Origin: Mytilus californianus
Lineage: Eukaryota
NCBI RefSeq assembly: GCF_021869535.1
Contig: NW_026262734.1
Coordinates: 91,326,001 to 91,390,000 of the forward strand
DNA length: 64,000 nucleotides
Direction: 5' to 3'
Position 1 is the first letter of the stretch; every line of letters begins with the position of its first letter. Shown here in pieces: positions 37,361 through 50,391 of the stretch. The position numbers and the translations under genes are program-made. The notes below the pieces were generated by a model that searched no databases, had not been told where the DNA came from, and saw only the letters and a program-made list of their open reading frames with translations.

Positions 37361-40300
37361 CCATTCTAATAGGAAAATTTAGAACCTGTGTACTTTGAAG
37401 CTGACCAATGAGACACGTTCGAAAGCAGTCATTTTGATTAGATAAGGCCAAAAAATTATAGAAAATCAACTGTTTCACAATAAAATATTAACAGATACAT
37501 ATAAACTCGAGCAACACCAATACAAATGTCCATTTTTGATCTCTGGTATTGTTCAATATACAACTGATGTCAATCACGTCTGTTTGAATTCGAACATGGC
37601 TTTATTTCCAAAACGAAAGAAAAATTTCATATTAGAATGTATTACTGATAATTACCTTGCTATGCTAGTATCGTGATAATGCATTGCATTTGCCACTTCA
37701 ATTATTCTGCACAGTTCACATCAAAATACAGAAAAATCATTTTAAAAACACACAAAAAAAAAACAGTAACCATGCATGTCCAAGTATGACTAAAAAATCA
37801 GGGTAATGATTTATCATAAAAAATATCAATTTCAAAACTAATAGTTTTAACACAAAATTGAAAACTCAGAATTCAAAAACTTTTGAAAGAAAAAAAGTTT
37901 AAACAAAAATACCGAACTAACAAATTAAAGGTGGAAGTTCATTAAACATGATAATGTCAAAAGTTAGACTAATTAATCATCGGAAAGAATGGAAAACAAC
38001 TGTCATATTCCTGACTTGATACAGGCATATTCCAAAGAAAGAGGGGGAGGGTGTTGTTTGTTATGCTTATGATTTAGCAGTTTTTTTCAGTGAACCCCCT
38101 TACCAAGTTGTTTGTCAGTACATTTGGTTATGAGGGTCTTTTTTAACGTTTAGGTGTCTTGATGGCTAAACATAGTAAACAGTTATAGGCGAATAACCTT
38201 AGCTTTTCTATAGTTTAAACAGTCACATACTGAACATTTGCCTGCATCTGGGAGGATATTTTTAAGACACAGAAAGAGTAATTGTTCTAAACTACCTTGT
38301 GGAATGACAGAGTCAACTGTTATATCTTCTGATTGTTCTCCTACCATTTTAATTCTCTCTCAAGAACATATTTAGGGGGCAAAGTGAGCTTTTATTAACA
38401 CTTGCTGTCCATCTTCTGTCGTCGTCTGTTAACTTTTACAAAATCTTCTTGGAAGAAACTACTAGGCCAAACATAACCAAACTTGGCCATAATCATTATT
38501 CAGGTATCTTGTTATAAAAAATGTTTCCGGTGACCCTGCCTACCAAAGTGTCCAACGTGACAAAAAATAGAACATAGGAGGAAAATGCCAGTTTTGTCTA
38601 TGAATTTATAATTTTATCAATAGGGAAATCTGATAGGAGGTATAAATATAGTCCCTAGTGTGGTCAGTGTGATACTTGCCATTTTTTATACCCTTTCCAA
38701 ATTTATTTCTCCATGTTTTATGCCTCAAAAAGCAAGTAGGGGGATGAAATTACACTCTAAAAAAAGTCTGGGTCATGAATTTAAAAGTAAAGTAGTGATT
38801 TGGTCCAGCTACAAAAGGTTAAAATTTAGTATTTCGGAATTTGTCACAAGAATTCAAGACCCTTTAACATAAAGTTGTCCATATTTTGAGTTAGAGCTGA
38901 TGAAATTTGTCCCAAAAGTAGTACACCATACTGTAAAAATATTATTGAGAAAGCGCGGGTTGGATTTTTTTATTTTTCATGTATTGTCCAAAAGAAATGC
39001 ACTACGAAATAACTGTGTTCTCGGGCCAGGAGCAGAAATGATAAGAATGTTGAGCTATACCAGAGACATAGGAGCAGAGACATGTATACATGTATATGTA
39101 TGTCTCTGATAGCTATAGGAGTTATTTCACTTAAATGGCAATTTTTCTCTTTATTTTCATTTTTGACTATGATCTTGAAAACTATAATAGATAGAGAGAA
39201 ACTTTAAATTGCAAAAATGATCAGCAAGACAAGTTCTACAAAAAAAGTCTTCATGGTCGAAATCGTAAATCGAAAGTTATTGCCCTTTGATGACGATTTT
39301 TACCAATTGTTGCGTTTTTGACTTATATCTTAAAAAAAATATAATATATAGATAGAAAGAAACTTAAATAAGCAAAATGATCAGCAAGGCAAGATCTACT
39401 AACAAGTCAAATTTTACCGATAAAGTTAGAAGACTGTCACTCTTTATAAAAGTGATTACCCTTACATTAGAACTTTTTTACCCTCTTTTGTGCTTTTAGT
39501 AATAAATCAAGAAAAAAGAGAGAAATTAAACAGACTAAATGATCAGAAATACTAGATCAACAATACAGAGATTTTTGTCCTGAATACTTTTCTCGTCTAC
39601 AATGTTGGAGAGTCCTTTGTTGAATATGCACATAGACCTAACTGAGTGACACAGGCTCTTTAGATCATCTAGTTGATTAGTCTTTGAATTCCATTTTCGC
39701 CCATTTTTATAGTACATTCTAAATAGACACTGTCGGAAGCGTTATATGAGCCAAGTAATTACAATGTTATTTTTTTGTCTGGTTTTATATGCTTTTATGA
39801 AGTTATTCAAGGCCAGACATGAATCGACAGTTTAATGAATTGTATTCTCGATGCTTTTCTAAATATTTCATTATTTGCCTGCACATTATGTGCTGTGTGA
39901 ATTAACACGGTACTATTGTTGATAACAAGAAATTGTATAGTAAATCTCACTATACAAATCCTTGTTGATAATGTCGTAGATTCTAGGCAGGATGTTTATC
40001 TCTTATTTTAAATACACTAAACCGTTATATTTGCGTTTTAGTTGGTCATGTTGTACGTTCGCAATGTCTGCATAATTTTTAAAGATCATTATCAGTCCTG
40101 ACGTATTTTGGCTTGCGCATTAACTGGGTATTTGGTTTGATATTTCATCCGACCAAGAAGTTTTGATAGGTTCACGTCTTTGAGCAGATTTTTAGCCCTT
40201 TTCTGATATGGGTAGGTTCGGTATAGGGTCCTGGATGTGTTTTGTTGTTTCTTGTACTATTGTAGACTTGTCTGTGGTGAAGAATAATTTAAATTGCTGT

Positions 40301-40809
40301 ATAATTTTTTCCGCTTTTTCCATTATTGTCGCTGGTATGTTCGTCTTTGCTCTTTGATGGAGACACGCCAGTGTTGTCATTTTCTTGCATTAAATATATT
40401 TCCAGACTGGTTTCAATTAGTGTTATTGTTTTTGATACTTTTAGTATAGTGGCTGTCTAGTAGTCTACACTTCTGTGTTGACATGAATCATAACTATAAA
40501 TCAACTGCTTACAAAACACGAAACGCTAAACATTTTCTATCCCAGGAATCGATTATCTTAGCTAAATTTTTCGGAATTTTGGGTCCTAAATGTTCTTCAT
40601 TTTCCTAGAGTAAAACCACTTAAAAGAAGGTAAAGTGTATTTGCAGGATATGTGTTTCCAGTCTTTATTCATTTAAAAAACACCTGCCTTATCAGAGCAA
40701 CCAAATTGGTAAAAACTATGTAAACTGTTTCAGCTCCTTTCGTTTGTTATTGCAGAGCCATACAACTATTACCAGAAGCTTGGCAATGGTTCTATCTTAA
40801 TCATATTGG

Positions 40810-41480
40810 TGTATGGAAAGATTTAAGGTGAACATGTCTGTCTGGCAGGTTTCATCTGACCTTGACCTCATTTTCATGGTTCATTGGTCAATGTTAAGTT
40901 TTTGTCTGTTTTCCTAGTACCATAAACAAAAGGTCAACTATATTGGGTGTATCATATGATTGTAAGGTGTACATGTCTTTCTGGAAGGTATCATTTGACC
41001 TTGACCTCATTTTTATGGTTAAATGGTCAATGTTAAGTTTTTATGATTTGGTCTGTTTTTCAAACATTTATAGCAATTTGTCAGCTATATTGTGTGTATT
41101 GAATAATTGTAATGTGCACATGTATGCTGTCAGATATCATCTGACTTTGACCTCATTTTTATGGTTCATTTTTCAATGTTAAACTTTTGTGTTTTTGTCT
41201 GTTTTTCAAGTACTATAAACAATAGGTCAACTGTATTGGGTGTATGGAATCATTTTAAGGTGTACATGTCTGTCTGGCAGGTATCCCCTGAACTTGTCCT
41301 CATATGTATGGTTCATTTCAATGTTAAGTTTTTGTGTTTTGGTCTGTTTTCAATTGGCATTTGCAATAGGTCAACTATAATTGGGGTATACAAAAATTGT
41401 AAGGTGTATATGTCTGCCTTACACAATTTATCTGACCTTGACCTCATTGTCATAGATTTTGAAAAATGTTAAGTTTCTGT
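40810..41480 (+). repeat. Tandem array of ~145-bp units (about 5), typical internal array of a Helentron-associated non-autonomous element
   Basis: Repeated taaggtgtacatgtc...tgaccttgacctcatttt.atggt...tcaatgttaagtttt. The HINE assignment is an inference. Confidence 0.75.
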
Positions 41481-41914
41481 AATGTTTTTTGTAACACCTT
41501 TCTCTTTAAGACATTCAACATAAAATCAATGGTCAGTAAAACTGGCGAGACATTTCAGCGTGGCCACTCTTGTTCATCTGTCTGGTGTTTTTTTTTTTTG
41601 CAAACAAAATGAGAATGTTTGGTATACGACATTGAGATAGCTAGACATATACATACACACCATACAGTCTTTTATAAAAGTGTCCAGCTCCAACTCGTCC
41701 TAAATCTAAACAAGTTGTAATAGCAACAATCAACGATTTGCTTGTAACTAACGATGTCCTTATTTTGGACAGCCACAAGGAAACATGGCGAGGCATAACT
41801 AGTTTGTTTAAATCTCAACCCTCCGTTTGTTACTCGTTTAGTAGACGTACAAAAAGCAGCTTGGAAAACACTTTACTTCCACCCAAAACAATAAAGAAAG
41901 ACAAAAAAAACTAA

Positions 41915-41946
<32 letters not shown>

Positions 41947-42179
41947 ACACGAACAAAAACTAAAACTAAAAACAGGAACAAAACAAAAAAAAACTCATAC
42001 TTATACCATATTAAAACATGCACACAGTTTCTGAAAGGAAGCTCAAAGAATTTGACTTGCTGATAAGAACTCATACACTCCTATGCTAATATTGTTTGCT
42101 GTACTATATACAAAAAAAAAGTCCATTGTCATAATTATTGTCAATCGCGCGACGTGTTGATTGGGAAATAGGAATATCG

Positions 42180-42670
42180 GGTGTCTGTCCGTCCGTTTGT
42201 CCGTCCGTCAGTCCATGCGTCTGTCCGTCCGGTCTTGTTAGCGCTCTCATGTGTAATTCTTGTCAGACTTTTTGTATAAAACTTTAATCATATGTTTATA
42301 TTAGACAAGCTCGTAACTCAATGCCAGAATATATTGAATATATGGAATTTTTTATAGTTAGCGCTCTCATGTGTATAATGCTTGCCAGATTTTTATGAAA
42401 CTTATGTCTCGGAAAAGTTCGAACATCAGTGCCGAAGATGTATGCCCTTGGCAATATCTATTAAATGGAAAATATCATTGTTAGCGCTCTCTTTTGGACA
42501 ATTCGTGCCAGATTTGTATGAAGCTAAATCATAGGTTTATATCTGCACTGTGTCGGACAAGTTCAAAATTCAGTGGGGATAGAATATTTTTAAAAGAGTT
42601 ATGTCCCTTGAAAATATCAATTACATGAAGAATTACAATGTAAGCGCTCTCATGTATACAATTCTTGCCA
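42180..42670 (+). mobile_element. HINE/DINE-like element: (GTCC)n head followed by ~120-bp tandem units
   Basis: A gtctgtccgtccgt tract is followed by agcgctctc..aattc.tgccaga at ~42240, 42360, 42483 and 42642. Confidence 0.7.
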
Positions 42671-43090
42671 GAATTTAACAAAGGAGTAGGGGCATTAAGG
42701 CCCGGTTTTGTCCCAAGAAAATAAAGTGTAAGAAAACTTTTTCAAAATTGCAGAGTCATGCTGTTTGGAAATGCAAAACAACATGAGAAATATCAATGAA
42801 TTACGTAAGAAATATTCACTATATTGAAAATTGCATTGTATTTGCCCTCCAGCCTTCATTTTTCTAAGTTGAACATTTTCTAACTGTGTGTTCTGAATAT
42901 TCCTCGATCCGAAATGGATGCTTTATTTAATATCAATTCATATATAGGTTCTAATTTTCCAGGCCTCTGCTTCACAGAGTTATCGTTTTACAATTAAATA
43001 CAAATACTGCTCCTAGGTGATTCGTTTTATGAAGTTGATCCCAGAAGTAGTTAAATATGGACATTATGATTAAAAGATTGTGAATAAAAT

Positions 43091-43560
43091 GAAATGTAAT
43101 TTCACAGATTAATGGACTTGAATTTAACCTATGAACTCTGGTGTTATAAAATCGAACACCGCAATTTTCTCGGTAGGGTGTTTTCTTCGTGTGCTTACAT
43201 GTATCAATAAGATTAACATAATTTTGAAGGCCTGACAAGGGTCACTATGTTTCCAGTTTCAGTGGCCTAAAATGTAATTTCACAGATTAATAAACTTGAA
43301 CAAAATGTTTTCAAATAATGTATAGTAAAACTGTTATATATTGCATACTTTTCAATTTAGGCCTTGATGTTTTAGAGGTCTTATAAATTCATCTATAATG
43401 ACCATTAACCTATCAACTATGGGGTTATAATATCGAACACCGCAATTTTCTCGGTAGGTTGTTCTCTTCGTGTGCTTACATGTACATGATGTATCAATAA
43501 GATGAACATACTTTTGAAGGCCTGACTAGGGTCACTATGTTTCCAGTTTTAGTGGCATAA
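43091..43560. repeat. Tandem duplication of ~180 bp; the second copy has a ~110-bp insertion
   Basis: aaatgtaatttcacagattaat at 43091 and 43269. atcgaacaccgcaattttctcggtagg...gggtcactatgtttccagttt occurs twice. Confidence 0.9.
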
Positions 43561-43839
43561 TAATAGCTATTATCGAACCTCTTCCGTTACTGAAAATGAA
43601 CGTATCAATAAATTTTATGTAAACACATATTCTTGGTTTTTCTATTACAAACATGCTGACTACTTGACTAGTGGTTACCCCTGGAACAAAACGTCCAAAA
43701 TCAGTTGCATTTAACCAGTGTTTGTAAACACTGATCACAGATATCAGGCTTACAATATGGTACGCCGTACGTGCGTTTCGTCAACATCGAAGTTGACGAG
43801 CATTGAAAAGGAATTGTTCTGCCAAAACATAAACAACCC

Positions 43840-44401
43840 TAAAAGAGGGACGAACGATACCAGAGGGACAGTCAAACTCATAGATCTAAAACAAACCGAC
43901 AACGCCATGGCGAAAAATAAAAATACAAACAAACAAATAATAGTACAGATGAAACAACTTAGAAAACTAAAGAATAGGCAACACGAACGCCACCAAAAAT
44001 GGGAAAGGGGGGGGGGGATCTCAGGTGCTCCGGAAGGGTAAGCAGATCCTGCTCCACATATGGCACCCGTCGTGTTGCTTATGTTATTACAAATCCGGTA
44101 AATAGTCTTATTCGGTAGGTCACATTCGTGAAAAGGGAAGGGTGTTGTAGTTACGACATAAGGAACATATCCGATATCATCTGTGAAACGGTTATTCCAT
44201 AACGGTCAACCAACTCGTGATGGAGTACGTAAAATTTACGAAGGGATGATTTCAACTTCACCATTTGAAACTCTTGGTTTAATAGCTTCCTTGTGAGCAG
44301 CAATCCTCTATAAAAAAATCATGATAGGAAATACAAGCCCGGGAATATCGTATCAATTGGGAGATATATACTCCGTATGCAGGCGCTGCTGGAATGTTGC
44401 T
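43840..44401 (-). mobile_element. 5'-truncated Penelope-like (Naiad-type) fragment, second family: RT C-terminus plus 3' tail
   Basis: The minus strand reads SNIPAAPAYGVYISQLIRYSRACISYHDF, homologous to the RT thumb at ~51450. Tail-only relatives lie at ~1020-1200, ~5395-5580, ~27500-27620 and ~28530-28680. Confidence 0.85.
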
Positions 44402-44936
44402 TAGTGTTTCGAATAATTCAGTATTTTATAAACAGTAATTTACAGGAAACGAACGTATCAATGATAATACAGTACTGAGTACTTGGCTTGTGATACCCTT
44501 GTCAACTTTCTAGACATTCACACTTTAAAGAATATAAGATATTGTCTTTAATTGGCTTTAAGAACAAGGAAGTGCAGTCTCATTTCATTATGGAAGAATA
44601 ATGAGGAATGTATCCATTATGTTAATACCAGCAATAATAGTTTGCTATTACTTTTCTTCTATTATTTGTATATGGAGGTTTCACTCGATCTAGTTGTTTA
44701 ACTGGTCTCATTATGATTAACAGGTTCGTTTACCATTAGAGCTTTGCATGAGGGATATACATTCCTTTATTTAAAGTAATTTCCAAAATTTTGTAACAGC
44801 CAATCTTAAAAACAGAAATCAGTATTTTCATTTCGGTACTGGCTACCGGGCTGGTAATACCCTCGGGGACTAACAGTTAACCAGCAGAGGTATCGAACCA
44901 GTGGTTGTTATAACATTAACGGTACCTATTGTTCTG

Positions 44937-44978
44937 CAACAGATGCGCATTTAGACAATAAATGTCTCTTTAGTGATG
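44937..44978 (-). ncRNA. Decayed minimal type-I hammerhead ribozyme, second family
   Basis: Minus strand: catca-CTAAAGA-gac atttatt gtc-TAAA-t gcgc a-TC-tgttg. The stems are recognisable, but core G5 and G12 are substituted, so it is presumably inactive. Confidence 0.7.
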
Positions 44979-45805
44979 CTCGAGGCCAAAATATTTAAAA
45001 TTCTATTGCTTTAAAAAATAATAAGGGCTTATTAACACAAAGGACAAAAGATATAGCCAAAGCGGACAAGGAATCAGAGCTTTGTATGAGGGAGATATAT
45101 TCCCTAATTTTAAATAGTTTCTAAAATTTTGAAACAGCAAATTTTAGCACAATTATTTCTTTCCGTTTGCTGATTCAAAAAATAAAATTATTTGCAAACT
45201 TCAAAACTGCTCGATTGTTGAAGGAAATACGATTGCATTTGCACTGGGGTAAATGTGATATCCGTAACTGCAGTTACGTATATCCAAATATGGCGGCCCA
45301 TGTTTTTTGTCAGGTATTTGTCGATTGTGTAATACATATGCATTATTCCTTGGTATATCGTGATCGTTCTTTAACGTATTACTACATTTGAAACTGAAAT
45401 ACTTACGTCTTTTTTCATATTCCAACCGCTAAATGGAGAAATCAGCCGTCCAAAAAAATGCATTATATAGGTAACTGAAGAAGATATATTATCGTTGATA
45501 TGCATAACTGTAAATATTGATATCCGTTACTGGTTTAATTCCTTAACAATTGTCATTCTTGTTTGAAATGAAATAAGAGTCTGGTTATTGCGATCGTTAT
45601 CAATCGTTATCAATCGGAACCTAATTTGTTCTTGAAAGTCTTTACAAATATTGTTTGAAAATATATTGACCAGGCTATCAACTCTGTATTTCTATATAGC
45701 CAGCAGTATGCCTAGTGATCTAGAGGAAGGACCTTGAGTAGGTAATTTCAGATAAAATATGGGTGGCAACAAAGAAACACATATCGCTGATAACGAAAAA
45801 AGGAA

Positions 45806-47620
45806 AATAACAAAATTACCGAACTCCAAGGAAAATGCAAAACGGAAAGTCCTTTAGCAAATTGCAAAATCAAAAGCTCTGACACATCTAACTAATGGAT
45901 AACAGATGTCATATTCATTACATTGTACAGTATTTTTCCTATGTAGAAAATGGTAAATCAAACCTGGTTTGTATAGCTAGCTAAACCTCTCCCTTGTATG
46001 AAAGTCGCATAGAATTCAATTATATTTGCAACAATGTGTGAGCCAAACAAATAGTTACAATAAGTAAAAATGTCAAATATTTAGGAACAGCAGTCAACAT
46101 GGTTTTATAATCTTAATCACGATAAAAACAAATGACTCTTTCAACAAAGAAAAACACAAAGGCATAAAGACACTCTATAGAGCGAAATTAAAAGACCAGA
46201 ATACAAAAATCACCATAGCGTAAACCAGAACGCGGGATGTATAAATACCGAGCCACGCCAAAATTATATTACCAAAATGAACTAAACAGTATAGATTAAC
46301 AAAATATAAAAAGAACTGTTACACTACATAAGACAATAAACAACTTCAATATCCATAATCTATACTTCAAGACCATCATGTATTATTTGTAAAGTTGATA
46401 ACGGAATATTTATCAACAAGGTCTTGGTATCCTCCTATGAACTTTTTTTTAGAAAAAGGACAAGACGTTTTTTTGACCTAATCCTTGTTCTTCAACTTTC
46501 TGCTCAGACACTGGTGACGTTTTCTAAAGTCTGAGTAGCAGCTGCAAGCTCTTGAATACCTTATGATTTGGGAAATATAGATCCCATATGCAGGTGAAGT
46601 TGATATATTGCTGCTAAGGTGGGGGCATTCATAGTTTCAAAATTAAAATCGTCTCCTTTGTCATAGATAATTGTTCTTAAACGGTCATGACCGCTTATGT
46701 CAAATTCGAGGTATGAGTTTTAAAATGAGGCAGTGGAAGCTGTATCTGCTGTCTCTTTAATTTCTAGTGCTTTATGATATATTATTGGATCCCAATTAGA
46801 AAAGGTTTGATTGTTAATGGAATTAAAGAGCATCATCAATATATCTGACATTGATAAATTAATTGATCTTCTTGTTTTTTGTAAGTGTCTAAAGGAACTC
46901 CGACTCATATGGAGAGAAAAAAAGAAGAAGTCTACAAGGAGAGGCGCACAGTTCGTTACAATCGGAATGCCGACAATTTGTTGAAAAAGTCTACCTCCAA
47001 ATTTTACAAATATGTTGTCAATAAGAAACTCTAGCATACTGACACTTGTTCCTCAGTGTAGCATGTTTTACCATTTTGTTCACTATTACCAAAATATGGT
47101 ATCTCAAAGCAATAAATTTATAGTGTATGCTACCATTTTTATATTGAAAAGCTTTGTAGATTATATCTTAAGACGATGTTTCAATTTCACATGGTGAATG
47201 GGGGTATACAGGATCGAAAAATCAAAAGTTTTAATATAATTAATTTCTGAGAAAGATCGAGATTAAAAATTATCCAGAAATTAGAATCCACATATGGTTA
47301 ATAACACTACGCGAGTAAATAATTTCACAGTATTTCAGAAGACCCTCTTTCACTGCGGACAGAACTTTTGTCAATCTAATGGACAATTTCTTTGTAGAAC
47401 ACGTAGATGAGCCGACAGTGTACCATTGTGTGTACGGAAATTTTTGAAGCTTAAGTATCCAATAAAAACAAGGCAGTCCTCAGGATTGCTGTTCAATGTA
47501 ATGTTCATTGAAGCCACGAAAGGACTCATGAGTCGCTAAAATCTCATCCTTGTCAAATGATATTACTCTATACTATCAAATTTGTAGACTAAACTTTGTT
47601 TAGCCGGTTTTTCTCTGAGC
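45806..47620 (-). mobile_element. 5'-truncated, decayed Naiad copy (RT half plus 3' tail)
   Basis: ORF 46720-47037 reads MLEFLIDNIFVKFGGRLFQQIVGIP..NCAPLL. It is collinear with 50392-52620, including the tail. Confidence 0.92.
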
Positions 47621-48384
47621 CGACCGTCATATGAAGCATTAAATATCTTAATAAATAGTTAGTGTATGTAATTTACTTTATAACTACATTTATTAATTGC
47701 TTTTATTAGCGTTAAATAAACCCCTCGTCCTAAATATGCATGAACTATTTGCCACTGGACGTTGAGCAACCAACAATCAATCAATCATTAAATAAACCCC
47801 AAATAAAGTACCTCAGCTGATTCCTTGCCGTTTACGTTTTCTAAGCAGGCGGTAATGGAATTAACGATACATGACCCACGGCCAACTCGCACCACACACT
47901 CTTGCACCAATTAATACAACTGTCACCACTTTATCAAACTCGCACCACTCGAAAAAAAGAAATTTCAAAAACTCAAAGAACGTTTAGCCTTTGCTATGGA
48001 CAGGTGTAGTCTTCAATGGATACAATAAACCGTGGATGTGCTGAGGCCACTTAATGAAATGTAAATATGTAGAACGTATATAAGATTTCACGGTAATCCT
48101 TTCGATTGCATTTGGAATGTTAGCGTGTTTACTTGAAAGTTTTTGAAATAGTTTTTTTTCTAATGTTGTGATAATATTATGGGCAAACATTTTGCCGTTT
48201 CCAATAATTTCAAATCTTTTGACCAATTTATGACGATTTTATTCCCCAAAAAATTGTTCGTCCGATCTATCAAATCGAGGATAATGAATGACGTAGAAAC
48301 AACAAAACACAGCAGTTACGGATATCATTTTCTAAACGTTTATTACAGTAACGGATATCAGTCGTTACAGTTACCCATATCATC

Positions 48385-48473
48385 ACAGGCACTTGTCTCA
48401 GAAAAAAAAATCCTATATACATGAATATAACATTAAGGTATATAGGTTTTTTTTTTCTGAGACAAGTGCCTGT
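48385..48473. mobile_element. 89-bp hairpin MITE, possibly Tc1/mariner-derived
   Basis: 36-bp arms with 1 mismatch (acaggcacttgtctcagaaaaaaaaa.cctatatac) and a 17-nt spacer. The ends are CAG...CTG with TA on the right flank and CA on the left. Confidence 0.8.
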
Positions 48474-50391
48474 ACATAACATCGAGTTTTTGGACGGCTG
48501 ATTTCTCCATTTAGCGGTTGAACTATGAAAAAACTCTTCGTATTTCAGTTTCAAATTATGTAATACGTTAAAAAGACACGATATACCAAATAAAAATGCA
48601 TTACTATTACAAATTTCGACGTAACTACACTTACGGATATCACATTTACCCCAATGATTTGGGTTTCATTCATCTATAATTATTCATTAGATAGTTGATT
48701 CGATCATTGATGTGCATTTTTGTGTTGAAATATGCAATTTTATTCTATAATATCGTTACTCCTGAAAAGCTGTGCACTAAAAGAGTAAAGAGTAAACACG
48801 TTTCCGTTTAAGAGTAATAATTAAATTGTAGTTGTCTTCCTTTACCTTAAAAACAAATTTTTGATGAATTCTTCCTTTATAAAGATTTTTTCAGTATATT
48901 TCTTTTCGTTTGACTATATGGATTTCCCCTGCGTTAAATATAGTTAATTATACTAGTATTCAAAACTGGTTAAATCAGTTGTAAAACGGGTTATTGTTAT
49001 TTTGGAGTTAAATATATTGGGTATATATGTAGTAGGTATCACATGAGGACACACCAAATCCGAATGGGATAACTATTTTACATCCCAGCTGTTCTAGATA
49101 AGATTTAAAGAAAACCATTTACGCTTCATAAAATCTAGTTTAGAACGCCACACAATCATTATAATATACTTTATATATTACTATATAGTATATACCCTTA
49201 TTGAACCCCGGACACAATGTTTAAATAAGTTAAATTAACAGAAAATTTCTATCCAGTCGTGCTAGTGTAGGGGTATGACTCGTGGGTTTATATGCTAAAG
49301 GTCTGGAGTTCATTCTTGTACATTCATGATACAACAGTTAATCGAGCATAATCATAAAATTACGAATGTAAAAAAGTAGTGGAGCGACTAAATTCTTCGC
49401 CTCTAAAGTTTAACTTGCTTAATAAAAATGTTGCCTATTTTTTGTTGTTCAATTTTAAGCGCAAATATCAGGTGTAAAGTAGGGCATTAGTATGCAATTT
49501 TATAAGTGATCACCCTATACCTTTCTTAACAGTCCAATGATGTTGTTGTTCGATGTTGTTTGTTGTTTTTGAACGTCTATTTTCCGAGAGGATTCGGATA
49601 TTGATGGTCCAGGGCCTTCGTGTTAAAAGGCTAGACTATTTGGTAACTATTATCCTTGTTATCCGTTGCACTACCTTAAATAATATACATTCAAAAAGAG
49701 AAGGTAAGAAGATAGCTATCATGCATTTTTGACACATGAGGCAATGTAAAAAACAGAGCCTTTTAAAAATTGATCTGATTTCCGATCTTTGAAAATTAAA
49801 AAAATGCTGAGTGATTAACCCAGTACCTCCTATAAGATGTCTTTTGAAGATTGCTTCTCTAAATGTTAATAACTTGGTTATAGCTACATGATATTAAAAA
49901 AATTAACAATCTTCATATCATTCTACTAATAAATACACAGCTTGAGTATCTAAAAATTTTCCAGAATAGATACTTGTTATCTCAATATCAACTGTGAATT
50001 CGTGAAAATTTCACCAACATTTTTGAGCTATTTCTAGTTATATTTCCTCCGCTATTTTACAAAGTTTTGTACTGACCATGGAACCAGTAGGCCAGAACTT
50101 GAACATAGAGGTAAGGGTAAAGTTACCATCCTTAACCTTTAATTTTCATAATCTCCTCTAAAACTAACGAGGATGGAATTCAATGCATTGGTTCAGAAAT
50201 ATGGGTTATTGAAAAGCAATCCTTTGACATAGGTGTTATTGTCTCGAAACGTTTTTAATACGTATATTCTATTTCTATCAAGCAAAATAGACTTCTTTTC
50301 ATATTACCGACTTTTGACTACGGAGTTTATATTTTTTCAACAGGTTACCAAATTTGTGGTACGACATCCTGGTACTCAGCTAAGTAAAACT

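Larger units (their letters stand above)
45245..48653. mobile_element. Old long-TIR element (~300-bp imperfect inverted ends) with nested insertions
   Basis: tggggtaaatgtgatatccgtaa...caaccgctaaatggagaaatcagccgtccaaaaa...tgatatccgttactg (45245-45530) matches the reverse complement of 48340-48653. No TSD was seen. Confidence 0.75.

Noticed and set aside
40943-41472. Hydrophobic ORFs of 79 and 103 aa
   Set aside because: They lie wholly inside the ~145-bp tandem array.
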